Part shown: positions 1-56,830 of the stretch, piece by piece
Position numbering within the stretch: position 1 is the first letter of the stretch
Layout: each line of letters starts with the position of its first letter
Origin: Octopus vulgaris
Lineage: Eukaryota
Assembly (NCBI GenBank): GCA_951406725.2
Contig: OX597835.1
Coordinates: 24,242,001-24,306,000 of the forward strand
DNA: 64,000 nucleotides
Direction of reading: 5' to 3'
Program-made: the position numbers and the translations under genes
Notes under the pieces: model-generated
Seen by the model: the letters and a program-made list of their open reading frames with translations, nothing else
Databases searched by the model: none
Told to the model about the DNA's origin: nothing

Positions 1-182
1 TATGAAATCCTGGGGAAGTTTAAAATTTCAATTTGTGAAGTTTGCATAATTTCAGTTCTAGATTTGATAAAATTCATCAGTAATGTTTTTTTTAGCAGCA
101 AGATAAAACTATTTTATCATCAGCAATTATAATTTGTTTTTATATCAATTAATTATTCAAAGAACTTAATAATCACTTTGTA

Positions 183-188
183 TTTATT
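183..188 (-). terminator. Candidate AATAAA polyadenylation signal for NT5C2
   Basis: Plus-strand tttatt, about 1.5 kb past the stop codon; the AT-rich context makes a chance match likely. Confidence 0.25.
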
Positions 189-1696
189 TCATAAGCTCGT
201 ATAAAAGACTCCCACTTATTCAACTAAAACCCATTTTATATTTGACTAACAAGCCTGGAATATGGGATTCAGAATATAACTAGAAAAAAACTGCTGCATA
301 ACAATGAGTAAATACAAAATGATTGTGGCCAGAATGACCGCAGGTATTTGAAGATTATATTCTCGAGATTAAATTCCTTTACTTATACTTCCTACAGATT
401 AATTTAGCTGTATACAGATCTAAAGTTGTAGAAATTTAAACAAAGCTTTGACAATAGCCATAAACTATGTATATATAACTCTGTTACATGCATACACACA
501 CACATATATATATCTTAGGTCCTGGTGGGGTATTTCCAGGGAAGCACTCACCCTGAGTTCTGAGCTGTCAACACTGTCAGATTCCTGACTGATAGCGAAA
601 TTCTTCAAGTGTAGAAAATCCTAGTTTCACGATGGTGAAACTGTTTTGTTGGTGCAGTGAAGAGTAAGCTATAAATCCAAATGAAGAGATTAAAGAAATC
701 CTTTAACACATCTTTAATGATGCATTACAATTGTTTCTGTGCCAACTCTGCTTGCAACATCAGTTTACACAATATTCAAAGTGAAAATTTACATAGACTG
801 GTGTTGAAAGCAGAGTTGGTACAGAAGCAATTGTAATGAATCATTAAAGATGTGTTAAAGCATTTCTTCATCCTATTATTTGGATCTCTCTCACACACAC
901 ATACGCACACACACACATCTATAAAGAGTACAGTTTACTTTCATGGGGAGCAGAAAATCTAACGTTTTAGAGAGTCCTTCTCCAAGGGAAATTTAACAGG
1001 AGATAAATTCAGAGGAGACAGCTGGGTTTTACATTTTCTAAAATAAAGAAGGGGAAAAAATGGCAGCAACTCATAATCAGAGAATTTAAAATGCCATCAT
1101 CTCTCGTGATTTTCTCTCTTTTCAACCTTTCCCTTTTTTCCGCTGGGGTGAGTTCACTGAATTCCTTTTGTCAATTAATACAAAATGTGACAAACTTTGT
1201 TCACGCAGACCCACACCACTCCCTTTGGAGATCTGTTTGATAATCTATATGTACACATGCACACACACAAACACACCACACATATGTATGTGTTTGTGTG
1301 TGCGTATATACACATATGTACACACACATAAACACACCATACATATATGTTTGTGTGTGTATATATACACATATATATACATACATACACACACAAACAC
1401 ACAGACATATATTTTTGTATATAAGACTATTTTGGGAGTACCATACCGTTAACTGCTTAGAAGCAAGCTGTGTATATAATATTTTCAAACCCGAGGGATT
1501 ATTCGGTTGTATTGGGTATATAAGAGTATAGATTAAACAGTTGTACAAAATATACACGAGTATAGAGGGTATACAGAAGTACAGAGAATATAGAAGTATA
1601 AAGTATATGTAAGAAAAGAAAAAAAATAGAAAGAAAGAAAGGAAGGAAGTGGTTGCATCTTCCACATAATTGCTAATTAATAACATTCGATGTTGA

Positions 1697-45295
<43,599 letters not shown>

Positions 45296-45644
45296 CTGAA
45301 AGAAAAAGAATACGTACCTGGTTATATACACAGATATTTGTACAGATATTTATGTGTGCACACTGATACACAAGTTTATATACACATACACATATATAAA
45401 TATACACAAACATATACATAAATACACATATAAATAAATAATATGGGTGGCTTGTTACCAATTTTTCTGCCGAAAGGCAAAAATATATGTCACTAAAGCA
45501 ACTAAGGGCACTATTCAGCACCAGTATTGCTAGAAATAAGAGTTAAAAGAACTCATAGCCACAATAAGCACCATCTTATTGACTGACAAGGAAGGCAAGC
45601 TCCCTCAGCATTGGGGATAGCCAGACCACCAAGGTGCCAGTGAG

Positions 45645-45693
45645 AGCCATTGATGAGCATTAAAGTAAATGTGAAATCACTGGTGATCTGGCT
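45645..45693 (+). ncRNA. Type I hammerhead-like motif (C3U variant) inside a foldback element
   Basis: agcca-TTGATGA-gcatt(aaagta)aatgt-GAAA-tcac(tg)gtg-ATC-tggct. Confidence 0.62.
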
Positions 45694-46195
45694 ATGCCTG
45701 GTGCTTAGGGAGCTTGCCTCCCATGTCAGTCAATAAGATGGTACATTATTGTGGTTATGAGGTGTTTTGACTCATATATATACAACTGTATAATATATCA
45801 TAACAATATTTTATTCTCCGATTTGAAGTGACAATTTTTAAATACAAACAAAGGACTGAAAAATTATCAGCTAACCCCAGCCAGAATCAAACCCACAAAT
45901 CAACACTAACATGGCTCCTTGCGCATCCGATTGGGCCATATGCTCACCCATCAATTTCAGCCAAATTTAGTTAATATATATACTTAAACTGTCTAATAGT
46001 ACATATAATATTTGTAAACAACCCGAAAGGCTTTGTAGGTTACGGAGAGAAAGCTACTATGGAAGACCCATAGTATAACAGCAACTGTATAATAATATAT
46101 CATGATATTTTATTCTCCGATTTGAAGTGACAATTTTTAGATACCAACAAATGACTGAAAAATTATGAGCTAACCCCAGGTTTGTTTACAAATAT

Positions 46196-46242
<47 letters not shown>

Positions 46243-46246
<4 letters not shown>

Positions 46247-46468
46247 CTTTACTACCCACGAGGGGCTAAACACAGAGGGGACAAACAAGAACCGACAAAT
46301 GGATCAAGTTGGTTACATCGACCCCAGTGCGTAACTGGTACTTAATTTATCGACCCCGAAAGGATGAAAGGCAAAGTCGACCTCGGCGGAATTTGAACTC
46401 AGAATGTAACGGCAGACGAAATACAGCTACGCATTTCACCTGGCGTGCTAATGGTTCTGCCAGCTCGC
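46243..46468 (-). mobile_element. tRNA-headed SINE family 2 with Nin-like domain (others: 2025-2215-, 29790-30012-, 31388-31610+, 32448-32680-, 41595-41795+)
   Basis: GCGAGCTGGCAGAA...GAGTTCAAATTCC head; GCCTTTCATCCTTTCGGGGTCGATAAATTAAGTACCAG resembles the Nin-SINE domain. Confidence 0.82.
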
Positions 46469-46473
46469 TGTCA

Positions 46474-46505
<32 letters not shown>

Positions 46506-46552
46506 GCAAGCATATATATACATATTTTCTCCCCCTGTTTATTTCTGTGTTC

Positions 46553-46590
46553 CTTTCTGTCGAAGAGCATAGGCTCGAAATGTAAAAGAC
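46553..46590 (+). ncRNA. Minimal hammerhead-like motif in a ~190-bp dispersed repeat (sister copies 36121-36165 and 53752-53795, both minus)
   Basis: cttt-CTGTCGA-a-gagc(atag)gctc-GAAA-t-GTA-aaag; the flanking repeat spans about 46525-46680, 36030-36225 and 53665-53852. Confidence 0.55.
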
Positions 46591-47518
46591 TTTCTCACTT
46601 CCCAAACATTAAACTAATACATCTGTTTGTTGTTTACACACCCGTCTTCGTCTTTTGTTTTTTTGTAAATTCTCACTATATATACATGTATAATCCAATG
46701 AAAAGAAGACAAAGAAAATTCTTTAGCACATCCTTAATAATAAGTTACACATGTTTCTATACCATCTCCATTTGCAATGCCAGTTTACGCAAAAGTTCTA
46801 AAATAAATATTATGTAATATATGTAGTTTTTAGGCACTGGAGAAGCACATCCTTAGGCTTGAATTGAAGTCATGCTATTACATTGTGCGTCTATCAGACC
46901 TTATATATACACATACATACACATATACATGTACACACACACAGAATATATATATATGTACACACATATATGTATATATAAGTGTATGTATAAATGCACT
47001 TAATCTTCCACCAAACCTTAGTCACAATTTATGTTCTTAACAACAACTTAATGGTAACAAAATTATTTCACTAAATTCTTTGTTATATTTAAAATTAATT
47101 GAAAGAAACACAGAGTATCTCAAAATAAATATGGTAACAAAGGGGTTAAAGAAGGGATGATTTGTGTGCTCATTATGCAAATTTCCACTCATTCTTCAAG
47201 ACAAAAATTCACATAAGTCTTGGCTTGTACAGCAAATTACTCGTACAACGGGGCACTCATACTGCGAGTTTCTACTGCACACACACATATATATATATGA
47301 TATATATCTATGTATATATATGTAATTATTAGTGATGGAAGCAGTAATAGTACTAAATGGTAATCTGTATATCCAACTTAACATGGATGTCTTGTTAGAA
47401 TGCTGAACACTGCATTATTTAATTTGAGTGATCCTCTGATACAGACCCATAGTCCATAAAAGCACAGATATATATATATATTGTATCAGACAAGATTCGT
47501 CTAGTAGGGGTGCCTGAA

Positions 47519-47564
47519 CTGCCAGATCTCATGATTTCAGTGTAGAGCACTTCTTCAGTTGCAG
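47519..47564 (-). ncRNA. Type I hammerhead ribozyme motif with canonical core
   Basis: Minus strand: ctgcaa-CTGAAGA-agtg(ctcta)cact-GAAA-tc(atga)g-ATC-tggcag. Helices I, II and III all pair; NUH = AUC. Confidence 0.7.
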
Positions 47565-48416
47565 GTGCCTAGCATCACAAACCTACCAAATCTTGCTTCA
47601 AGATATACACAACATCAGTGTCTTTTCAGTCACAGATGCTTCAAATAACCAGCAGGCTTATAAAAAAAAAACCCAACTATTAGTGACTGAAGCAGTATCA
47701 GTATTAAAAGGCAATCTTCATATCCAACTTAACATGGATGTCTTGCTAGAACGCTGAATACTGTGATATTTGCCTTGAGTGGTCCTCTTACAGTACTTAT
47801 TCTATCGATATATTTTGCCGAACTGCTTTGTTACATGGATATAAACACACCAACACCAGTTGTCAAGTGATGATGGGGACAAACAAAGACACATAAATAC
47901 ACACACATATATATGACAGGCTTCTTTCAGTTTGCGTCTGCCATATCCACTCACAAGGCTTTGGTCAGACCGAGGCTATAGTAGAAGACACTCGCCCAAG
48001 GTGCCATGCAATGGGACTGAACCCAGAACCATGTGGTTGATTAACAAGCTACTTACCACACAGCCACTCCTGTGCCTATATACATCAGAGTAAGCAGGTA
48101 AATGTGAAACAAGGTGGGACAAAAATAGTACTCGAATACCAGAGGTAGAGTAATATCACAAAAAAACTGCTACTCAGAGTTCCATGTTCCCGTTCTTTGG
48201 TCCGGTGGGAGGGGGGAGGAGGATATGTTTCATCATAAAGTTTCTCTCAGCCTTAAGTCCCCATTCCAACCCTACTCTTGTCCCACCCTTACTCTACCCT
48301 ACACCCCACCCTGTCCCATTCCCTACCCCACACAGCTGCTAACTCTAAAATGTCCAACAAGTGGGAACATGAAACTCTGAGTAACAGTTTTTTGTGATAT
48401 TTTTGCAGCTTTAATA

Positions 48417-48451
<35 letters not shown>

Positions 48452-50462
48452 TATACATAAATATATATACACACATCCATATATATGAATATATATATAC
48501 ACACATACACATCTATGAATATATATATACACACACATATACATACATACATACATATGCATACACACACACAGAGTTCTTGTTTAGCTCAGGTCAGCTA
48601 GGATCCAGTGGACCCATAATTAAACATTCCACTCATGACCATCCTACCTTGTGTTTATTTCTGACACACTATAATATCTAGGAGTACATTACCCAATGTG
48701 CCCTGCACCACATGTTTTGAAATAAAGACAAGAACAGCAGAGTGTAATGACATGAAAGACAAAGATTTGACTGTTATTTCTAGCAAGCCAAGGCATCGCC
48801 CCCCCCCTCGCGTTGGTTGAAAGGTTAGTCTTGTGTTTGTGTTACTGATAGAGAGAAACCACATGTGTTTATTGTGCTACTAGTTTATTTAACTGGGGTA
48901 CTGGGGTATTGTTGTTACAGGGGCGGTGTATAAAGATGGGACCCCATAAAGATGGGACCACATGTATTTGCTATGGCACCAGATTATCTTAGTTGAAGAG
49001 TTAGTGGCTAAGTGGGGAAGGGGACGGGTCAGGGTGGGGGGATATATGGGGGTAGAGTAAGGGTGGGGCAAGAGTGGGGCTTTAAGCCTGAGAGAAACCT
49101 TATGGTGAAATGTATCCCTTTTTTTGTAAGCATCCTCTACTCCTCGCCCACCACATCTTTGTTGGCATCATCATCAATCCCATCTCCATGACGACCACCA
49201 TGATAATGATGGTGACGATGATGATGGTGGGGAGGGGCCACCATCAATCATCACCATCATCTCATCACACATCTCCGCTACCATCACCACCACCGCTCCA
49301 AAGGTTTTAGTTGGCCTGGGGCTATAAACAGAAGATACTTGCTCAAGGTACCATACAATGGGACTGAACTTAAAACAATGTGTTTGCAATCTGGCCTTCT
49401 TAACAAACTATTGATGGTTTTTAAAAACTGATTTAAAAATAAATTTATTTATTAATTATTTACTTCGTTTTGCGTTTATTTTGCAAGATTCTTGATTTGA
49501 AATGGTGTGTTGAAGCCAATATTGCATTCTGGGAGGGTCGTATTACCAACAAGGACACATGCACTGGTTATGTTTCACTTAGGTTTATCACCAATTAATT
49601 TGATAACTGACTAATTGATTAACAAATAGATTATCTAGTTGATTGGTTGTAGAACTGAACTTAAACACGTAACATTGTGTAACAAAATCTTAATTTTTAT
49701 TTTCTGTCTTTGGTCAGTAAGAGTTATTATCTAGAAATCAAAGGAAGTGACTACTCTTCCCTTCAAACTTTATTTTTGTGACCTAGATGTCATTGTTTTG
49801 AAACTAACCTATTTTCCATTACATTTCAGATAGATTCAACGCTGAGTTACTGAATTTCAGAAATATCATTATAACAAATATTCTGCTCAATGCCACAGAT
49901 TTGCTTGTCAATTGCCTGGCTTTTACCATTTGAGTAATTTCTCTTAGTGGCTGACAATATGTTCATGTGTTTATGGATATATATATATATATTCTTTTGT
50001 TTCAGTCATTTGACTGTGGCCATGCTGGAGCACTGCCTTTAGTCAAACAATTCAACCCCAGGACTTATTCTTTGTAAGCCTAGTACTTATTCTATTGGTC
50101 TCTATTTTGCTGAACTACTAAGTTACAAGGACATAAAGACAACCAACATTGGGGGACAAACACAGACACACAAACATATGCATATATATGTTGCTACACA
50201 TCGCTGATCACAATGCGCTTCGCATTGTTTTAGCCTTCAAATGACGCCACCTCGCTGGCTAAGCGAGCAGGCCAACAGAACAAAGAGTGAGAGAAAGTTG
50301 TGGCAAAGGAGTACACCAGGGATCGCCACCCACCCCCTGCCTGAGCCTTGTGGAAATTTAGGTGTTTTTGCTCAATTAACACTCACAACGCTTGGTCTGG
50401 GAATCGAAATCGCAATCCTATGACCGTGACTCTGCTGCCCTAACCACTGGGCCATTGCACCT

Positions 50463-50502
<40 letters not shown>

Positions 50503-50614
50503 ATACTAAGCAATAAAGGGTTTGGCAACGAATTGCCTTACCACATACCGAATTTAGAAATAGCAGTCAAAGAGTTATAGCTATTTCTTCTACTAAAAAG
50601 GGAGATCTCAGTAA

Positions 50615-50662
<48 letters not shown>

Positions 50663-50811
50663 GGTTTCTTTCAATTTCTGCCTACCAGATCCACCCACAA
50701 GGTTTTGGTTGGCTATAGTAGAAGACACTTACCCAAAGTGCCATGCTGTGGAACTGAACCTGGAACCATGTGGTTGCAAAGCAAGCTACTTACCACACAC
50801 CTACTCCTGCT

Positions 50812-50858
<47 letters not shown>

Positions 50859-50984
50859 ATATACACACACACACATACACACACTAGTGAGCACATAAGT
50901 GCAAAACAAGATGGAAAAAATAGTACTCAATTACCAAAGGTAGGGTAATATGTTTTTATCCACAATAAGATGCTTTCAATCATC

Positions 50985-51033
50985 ACAACTGTCTGACTAA
51001 CGAGAATGTGAAACACCGAGTAATAGTTTTGTG
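50985..51033 (+). ncRNA. Degenerate hammerhead-like motif (sister copy ~48350-48395)
   Basis: aactgt-CTGACTA-acg(agaa)tgt-GAAA-caccga-GTA-atagtt; G8 is substituted. Confidence 0.5.
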
Positions 51034-54000
51034 ACAATTTTGCAGCTTTAATAAAAATATGCGTGTGTGTGTTTGTGAACAAATGTCTTTTTTTTTGCTG
51101 TTTGTTTTGTTTGTATACATGTGTGTATGTTTATTGTGATGTCTCCATAGGTCAGCGGCTCCCAGTTGAACTGCCCCAGGAAGGGAGAGACACATCGGAG
51201 ATATCGAAGCGGGCAACATCAACACCAGCTGCACATTTCAGCTGCAACACCTGCATCAGCATCTAGCTGCTCCACCCTGCAGCAGATCATCTATAAATAT
51301 TATGATAGATGCGGCATGCATCGGTAGTTGTGTAATGGTGGGGGGGGGGCAGTGGAGGTAGTGTGTTGTGATGGTTGGATGGTGGTGATGATGGTAGTGG
51401 TGGTGGTAGTGATGGTGGTATGGTGATGATGGTAGTGGTGGTGGTGGTGGTGATGATGATAGTGGTGGTGGTGATGATAGCGGTGATGGTGGTGTGGTGG
51501 TGGTGATGATGATGGTGGTGGTGATGGTGGTGGTGGTGGTGATGATGGTGATGGTAGTGTGTTGTGATAGATGTGTAGTGGTGATGGTGGAGGTGTGTGT
51601 GTGGGGGGCACGTTGCAGTGTTGAACATCTGTCAATGTTAAATGTAGTCTTCCTGTTATCTTTTATTTGTCTCACTCATTAGACTGAGGCCATGCTGGAG
51701 CACTGACTTGACATCAAATGAACCAAACCCAGTACTTATCTTTTTCTAAAGCCTGGCACTGCTGTGAACAGCAGAAGTGTGCATGCAGGGCAGAGTTCAA
51801 TCTCAACCTGAGCCAAGTGGCTTCACTCTGCTTGCTTTAACTTCGTTACTATGGTAACAGTCCAGAAACTTATTGATAACTCTTCATATGTGTACATGCA
51901 CATGTTTTTATATATACATACATATATGTATATACATACATTTTTTATATATACATACATATATGTATATACATACATTTTTTATATATACATACATATA
52001 TGTATATACATACATATATGTATATACATACATATATGTATATACATACATATATGTATATACATACATGTATGTATATACATACATATATGTATGTGTG
52101 TGTATATATGTGTATATATGCACATGTGCATGTTTTTATATACATACATATATGTATGTGTGCTTGTATATGTGTGTGTATATATATGTGTATATATGCA
52201 CATGTGCATGTTTTTATATATACATACATGCTTGTATGTGTGTGTGTATATATATGTGTATATATGCACATGCGCATGTTTGTGCATGCATGTGTACATG
52301 TGTGTGCGTATGTGTTCTTAAAGGAAAACACTTCATTATAAGGGAATTAAAACACAGGCCCAGCCAATTATTATTCTTCAGGTTATCAGAAATGACATCA
52401 CTGCCACCACCATCACCGTCACCACCATCCCACCTTCACCACCACCTGCAGTAACATCATCATCATTATCGATGACAACAACAACAACCACAACAACAGG
52501 TTCAATCAGGGCAGACCTAGAGCTAATCAGCAAGTACAACAGAGCCACCATCACCACCAGACCATTATTGCCGTTATTATCATGTTTTCTGATAAGCCAT
52601 CCAGATTTTCTGTGGCACTAATTATGAAAGTAATTAGCATGAGAGGGTGGGGTGTGGTGGAGACTGGGGTTGGAGAGAGGTGGTTATAAAGATTTGCAGA
52701 CAGTGTAGAGAGGAGGAGGAGGAATAAAAGATGGTGTTATGTGAAATGTGGATGAAGAATCTGGGAGCTGGAGAAGGAATTACACAGTTACACACACTCA
52801 CACACAAACAAAAATACACACAGGCAAATTATTATATTTGGGACTATAAAAATCTGCAGGGCCTTCTTAAGGTTTAAAAGATGATTATGGGAAGAAGGTG
52901 ACTTCCTTCACAACCTTGCTACCAAGTAGGTGGCCAGACAGAATTAATTTTAAATTAAAAGGAGAAAGAGAAGAATGAAATAATAAATGAATGAATGAAT
53001 GCAGGAGTGGCTGTGTGGTAAGTAGCTTGCTTACGAACCACATGGTTCCGGGTTCAGTCCCACTGCGTGGCACCTTGGGCAAGTGTCTTCTACTATAGCC
53101 TCGGGCCGACCAAAGCCTTGTGAGTGGATTTGGTAGACGGAAACTGAAAGAATCCCGTCGTATATATGTATATATATATATATGTGTGCGTGTGTGTCTG
53201 TGTTTGTCCCCCTAGCATTGCTTGACAACTGATGCTGGTGTGTTTATATCCCCGTCACTTTGCAGTTCGGCAAAAGAGACCGATAGAATAAGTACTGGGC
53301 TTACAAAGAATAAGTCCCGGGGTCGAGTTGCTTGATTTAAGGCGGTGCTCCTGCATGGCCGTAGTCAAATGACTGAAACAAGTAAAAGATTAAAAGATTT
53401 TAATACATAACTACATACAAACATATGGCTGAACTTGGGTCCTTGGAGAGAGAATGTAAATCCTTAATTCATCTGCTACGAATGACCATGATGTCTGGGA
53501 CCCTTCTGAAGATTTAAAGGATGATGGTTAAAACAAGATGCTTTCCTTCACAATCTTGTTACCAAATATGGCAGCCAGTCAAGATTTTATTCTAAAATTA
53601 AAAAGTGAAAGAAAAGCACAAGCAACCATACCTATATACATACACACAGACATACATACATACAGGGAAAGTTTACGAAAATAACAAAAGACGAAGACAG
53701 GTGGTGTACAAAACAAACAGATGTATTAGTATAATGCTCAGGAATAGAAAAAGTCTTTTATGTTTCGAGCCTATGCTCTTCTATAGAAAGGGACACAGAA
53801 AAAACAAGGAGAGAAGAAAAATGTGTGTAGTGGCTAACGATCTATCATGGCCACTAGTGCTGGACAGGTTTAGGTGTATCTGTGTGGCTAAGAAATTTGC
53901 TTCCCAACCACATGGTTTCAGGTTCAATGCTGAAAGAAGACACCTGTCCAAGATATCACACACTTTTGGTAAGTGTTTTTTTCAATATAGGATTTGGTAA

Positions 54001-56784
54001 ATGCAAATTGAAAGAAGCTTGTTGCATATGTGTGTGTGTGTGTATATATATATATATGTATGTGTGTGTTTGACATGGTTGGGTCTCTTTGTCCTGTCAT
54101 TGCACAAAAGTTTTAAAGGAGTGTCATCATTTTAAACAATGGTGATCTTCGTTTCTAGTCTTTTGTTGTTCCAAACATCATCTTAATTCACCAATATTTG
54201 TCTTTTGTTATATTCCAAACATTATCCTAATATACCAATATATATTTGCCATATGTTACATTCCAAATACCATTTTAGTATATCTTGATGACCCTGCTGG
54301 TGCTGACACCAGGTAAAAAGCATCCAGTCCACACTGTGAAGTGGTCGGCATTTGGAAGGGCATCTGGCTGTAAAAACCATGCCAAAACTGACCTCTCCTC
54401 TGCTGGTGCCATGTAAAAAGCACTCAGTCTACTCTATGGGGTGGTTGGCATTTTGAAGGGCGCCCAACTGTAAAAACCCTACCAAAACAGACACAGTAGC
54501 CTGGGTTAGTCTTCTTCTACCTGGCCAGCTCCTGACAAACTGTCCAACCCATGCCAGCATGGAAGACAGGCATTAAATGATGACGATTAGGGGTCAGATG
54601 AATTTATTTTTTCTGTATTTATTTTTAATTCTTTCCAATATTTTATCTTTTACTTGTTTCAGTCATTAGACTGTGGCCATGCTGGAGCACTGCCTTGAAG
54701 AATTTTTAGTCAAATGACATGACCCCACTCCTTTTTTTTTCCTTTAAAGCCTGATACTTATTCTCTCAGTCTCTTGCTGAACCACTAAGTTACAGGGATG
54801 TAAACACACCAACACCGGTTGTCAAGTGGAGGGAGGGGGACAAACACAGACAGAGAGACAGACACATACACCCACAAACATGACAGGCCTATTTTAGTTT
54901 CTGTCCGCCAAATCCACTCACAAGGCTTTGGTCAGCCCAAGGCTATAGTAGAAGACACTTGCCAAAGGTGCTCTGCAGTGGGACTGAACCTGGAACCTTG
55001 TGGTCGGGAAGCAAGCTTCTTGCCATACAGCCACATTTGAATTAGTACAAAAGATATTTTTATTGCAGTTTTCATGTTTTTTTTAAATATATTTTTTTAT
55101 TTCTAGCCTTATTCTTCCTCTACAACTTTTATTTATCATTTTTGAAATTTGAGTAAATTTTACCTCTTTTCAGATATATGATCATGGAGTGCCAAGTATA
55201 ATCCCCACCCCACAACAAAAAAAAACCCAAACAAAACCCAATCCAACTCATCCGACAGGGTTTTACACAGTTTCCATCAAACCAATGTCGCTTTCATTTA
55301 TAAGGTTTAGGCTGACTCAAGGTTATATGTGGCACGTAAAAAGCACCATCCGTTCGTGGCCATTGCCAGCCTCACCTGGCCCCCGTGCCGGTGGCACATA
55401 AAAAGCACCATCCGATCGTGGCCATTTGCCAGACTCGTCTGGCACGTAAAAAGCACCCACTACACTCATGGAGTGGTTGGCGTTAGGAAGGGCATCCAGC
55501 TGTAGAAACATTGCCAGATCAAACTGGGCCTGGTGCAGCCTTCTGGCTTCCCAGACTCCAGTTGAACCGTCCAACCCATGCTAGCATGGAAAGCGGACGC
55601 TAAACGATGAGGATGATGATGATGATCAATGATGCCACACAGTTGGATTGAACTCAAGACTTCATGGTCATGAACTGCTTAACCACTTGTCCATGCTTTC
55701 AATACAACATATTCTGTGTCTGAATGAAAAAGGCCGGATATTCACAGCTGGATAAGCTTTGATCGTGGGTCTCCAGGAAGAGGGCTTACTGTGCTGGAAC
55801 TGAGAAAGAACAACGACAACTGCAACAGCAGCAGTACAGGTAGCAGCAGCAGCAACAACAGCAGCAGCCACAACAACAACAGCAGCAGAGGCAACAACAA
55901 CAATACCAGCAGATATGATTTGGAAGCAGAACAAAAATAAAATAAAACTGGATTACGAAAGAGAGTTATTGTTTGTTTTTTTTTTCCTTCTGTGTTTTTT
56001 TTCTCTAAAAGTTCTTCCTTGAGCCAATGAAAACCAAATATTATAAAAAAAAAAAAATGAAAAAATATCTCCAGGAACTAATAATGGTTTGTCATCCTGT
56101 GGTGTGGTGCTTGAAATGGTTCCAATATTGATCAATTTTTATGCTTCAAGAAACACAAAGAGAAGGAAAATGGTAAAACAACAGAACCAGCATATTCCAA
56201 TATTTTTCCAGATAATTAAGAATTCTTCTTCATGTTTAGAATTCCTTTCAATCCAAATGTGACAAAAAAAAAAGCAGAACACAAAAAAAAACTTATACAA
56301 AGAAATAACTTTTTCTTTTGTTTTTAAGTTTTTTTTAAAAGCCTTTTTCTAATTTTTCTTTTCTTTTTGGAATGTATTTGTTTTGTTAAAACCAACTTTG
56401 GCCTCAAGCACCGTGGCCCACCACAGGCTTCCTTCCCTGTTGTGTTTCTCCAATAAGACAAATCATCTTATGTAGAAGAAACCATCAAGGAAGTTTCCAG
56501 GTGGTATGGTTCACTTGATCTGCTAGAAATATCAGTTAAATCTCCCTTTAACTCACACACTCTGCTAGCTTAAAAGAAAGGAAAGACACATTAAATAATG
56601 TACTCATGTCAAAAAAAAATCCTTTCAAATAAAAAAAAAATCCAAGGATTGATTGTGGATGGAATGCTTTTCATCATAGGTCTCCCTGCTGGATCAGGAG
56701 TTGACCTAGGGTTAAACATCAACATCATATCACGTTTATAAACTAAAATACCACCACCACCGCTGTCACTGCTACAGCCACCAC

Positions 56785-56830
<46 letters not shown>

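Noticed and set aside
40-125. CTGATGA...GAAA on the minus strand near the window start
   Set aside because: Helix II pairs poorly and there is no helix III, NUH or helix I closure; likely chance in AT-rich DNA.
52860-53605. Diverged ~110-bp direct repeats flanking a SINE (LTR-like)
   Set aside because: No TG..CA ends, PBS or PPT; more likely an old local duplication.
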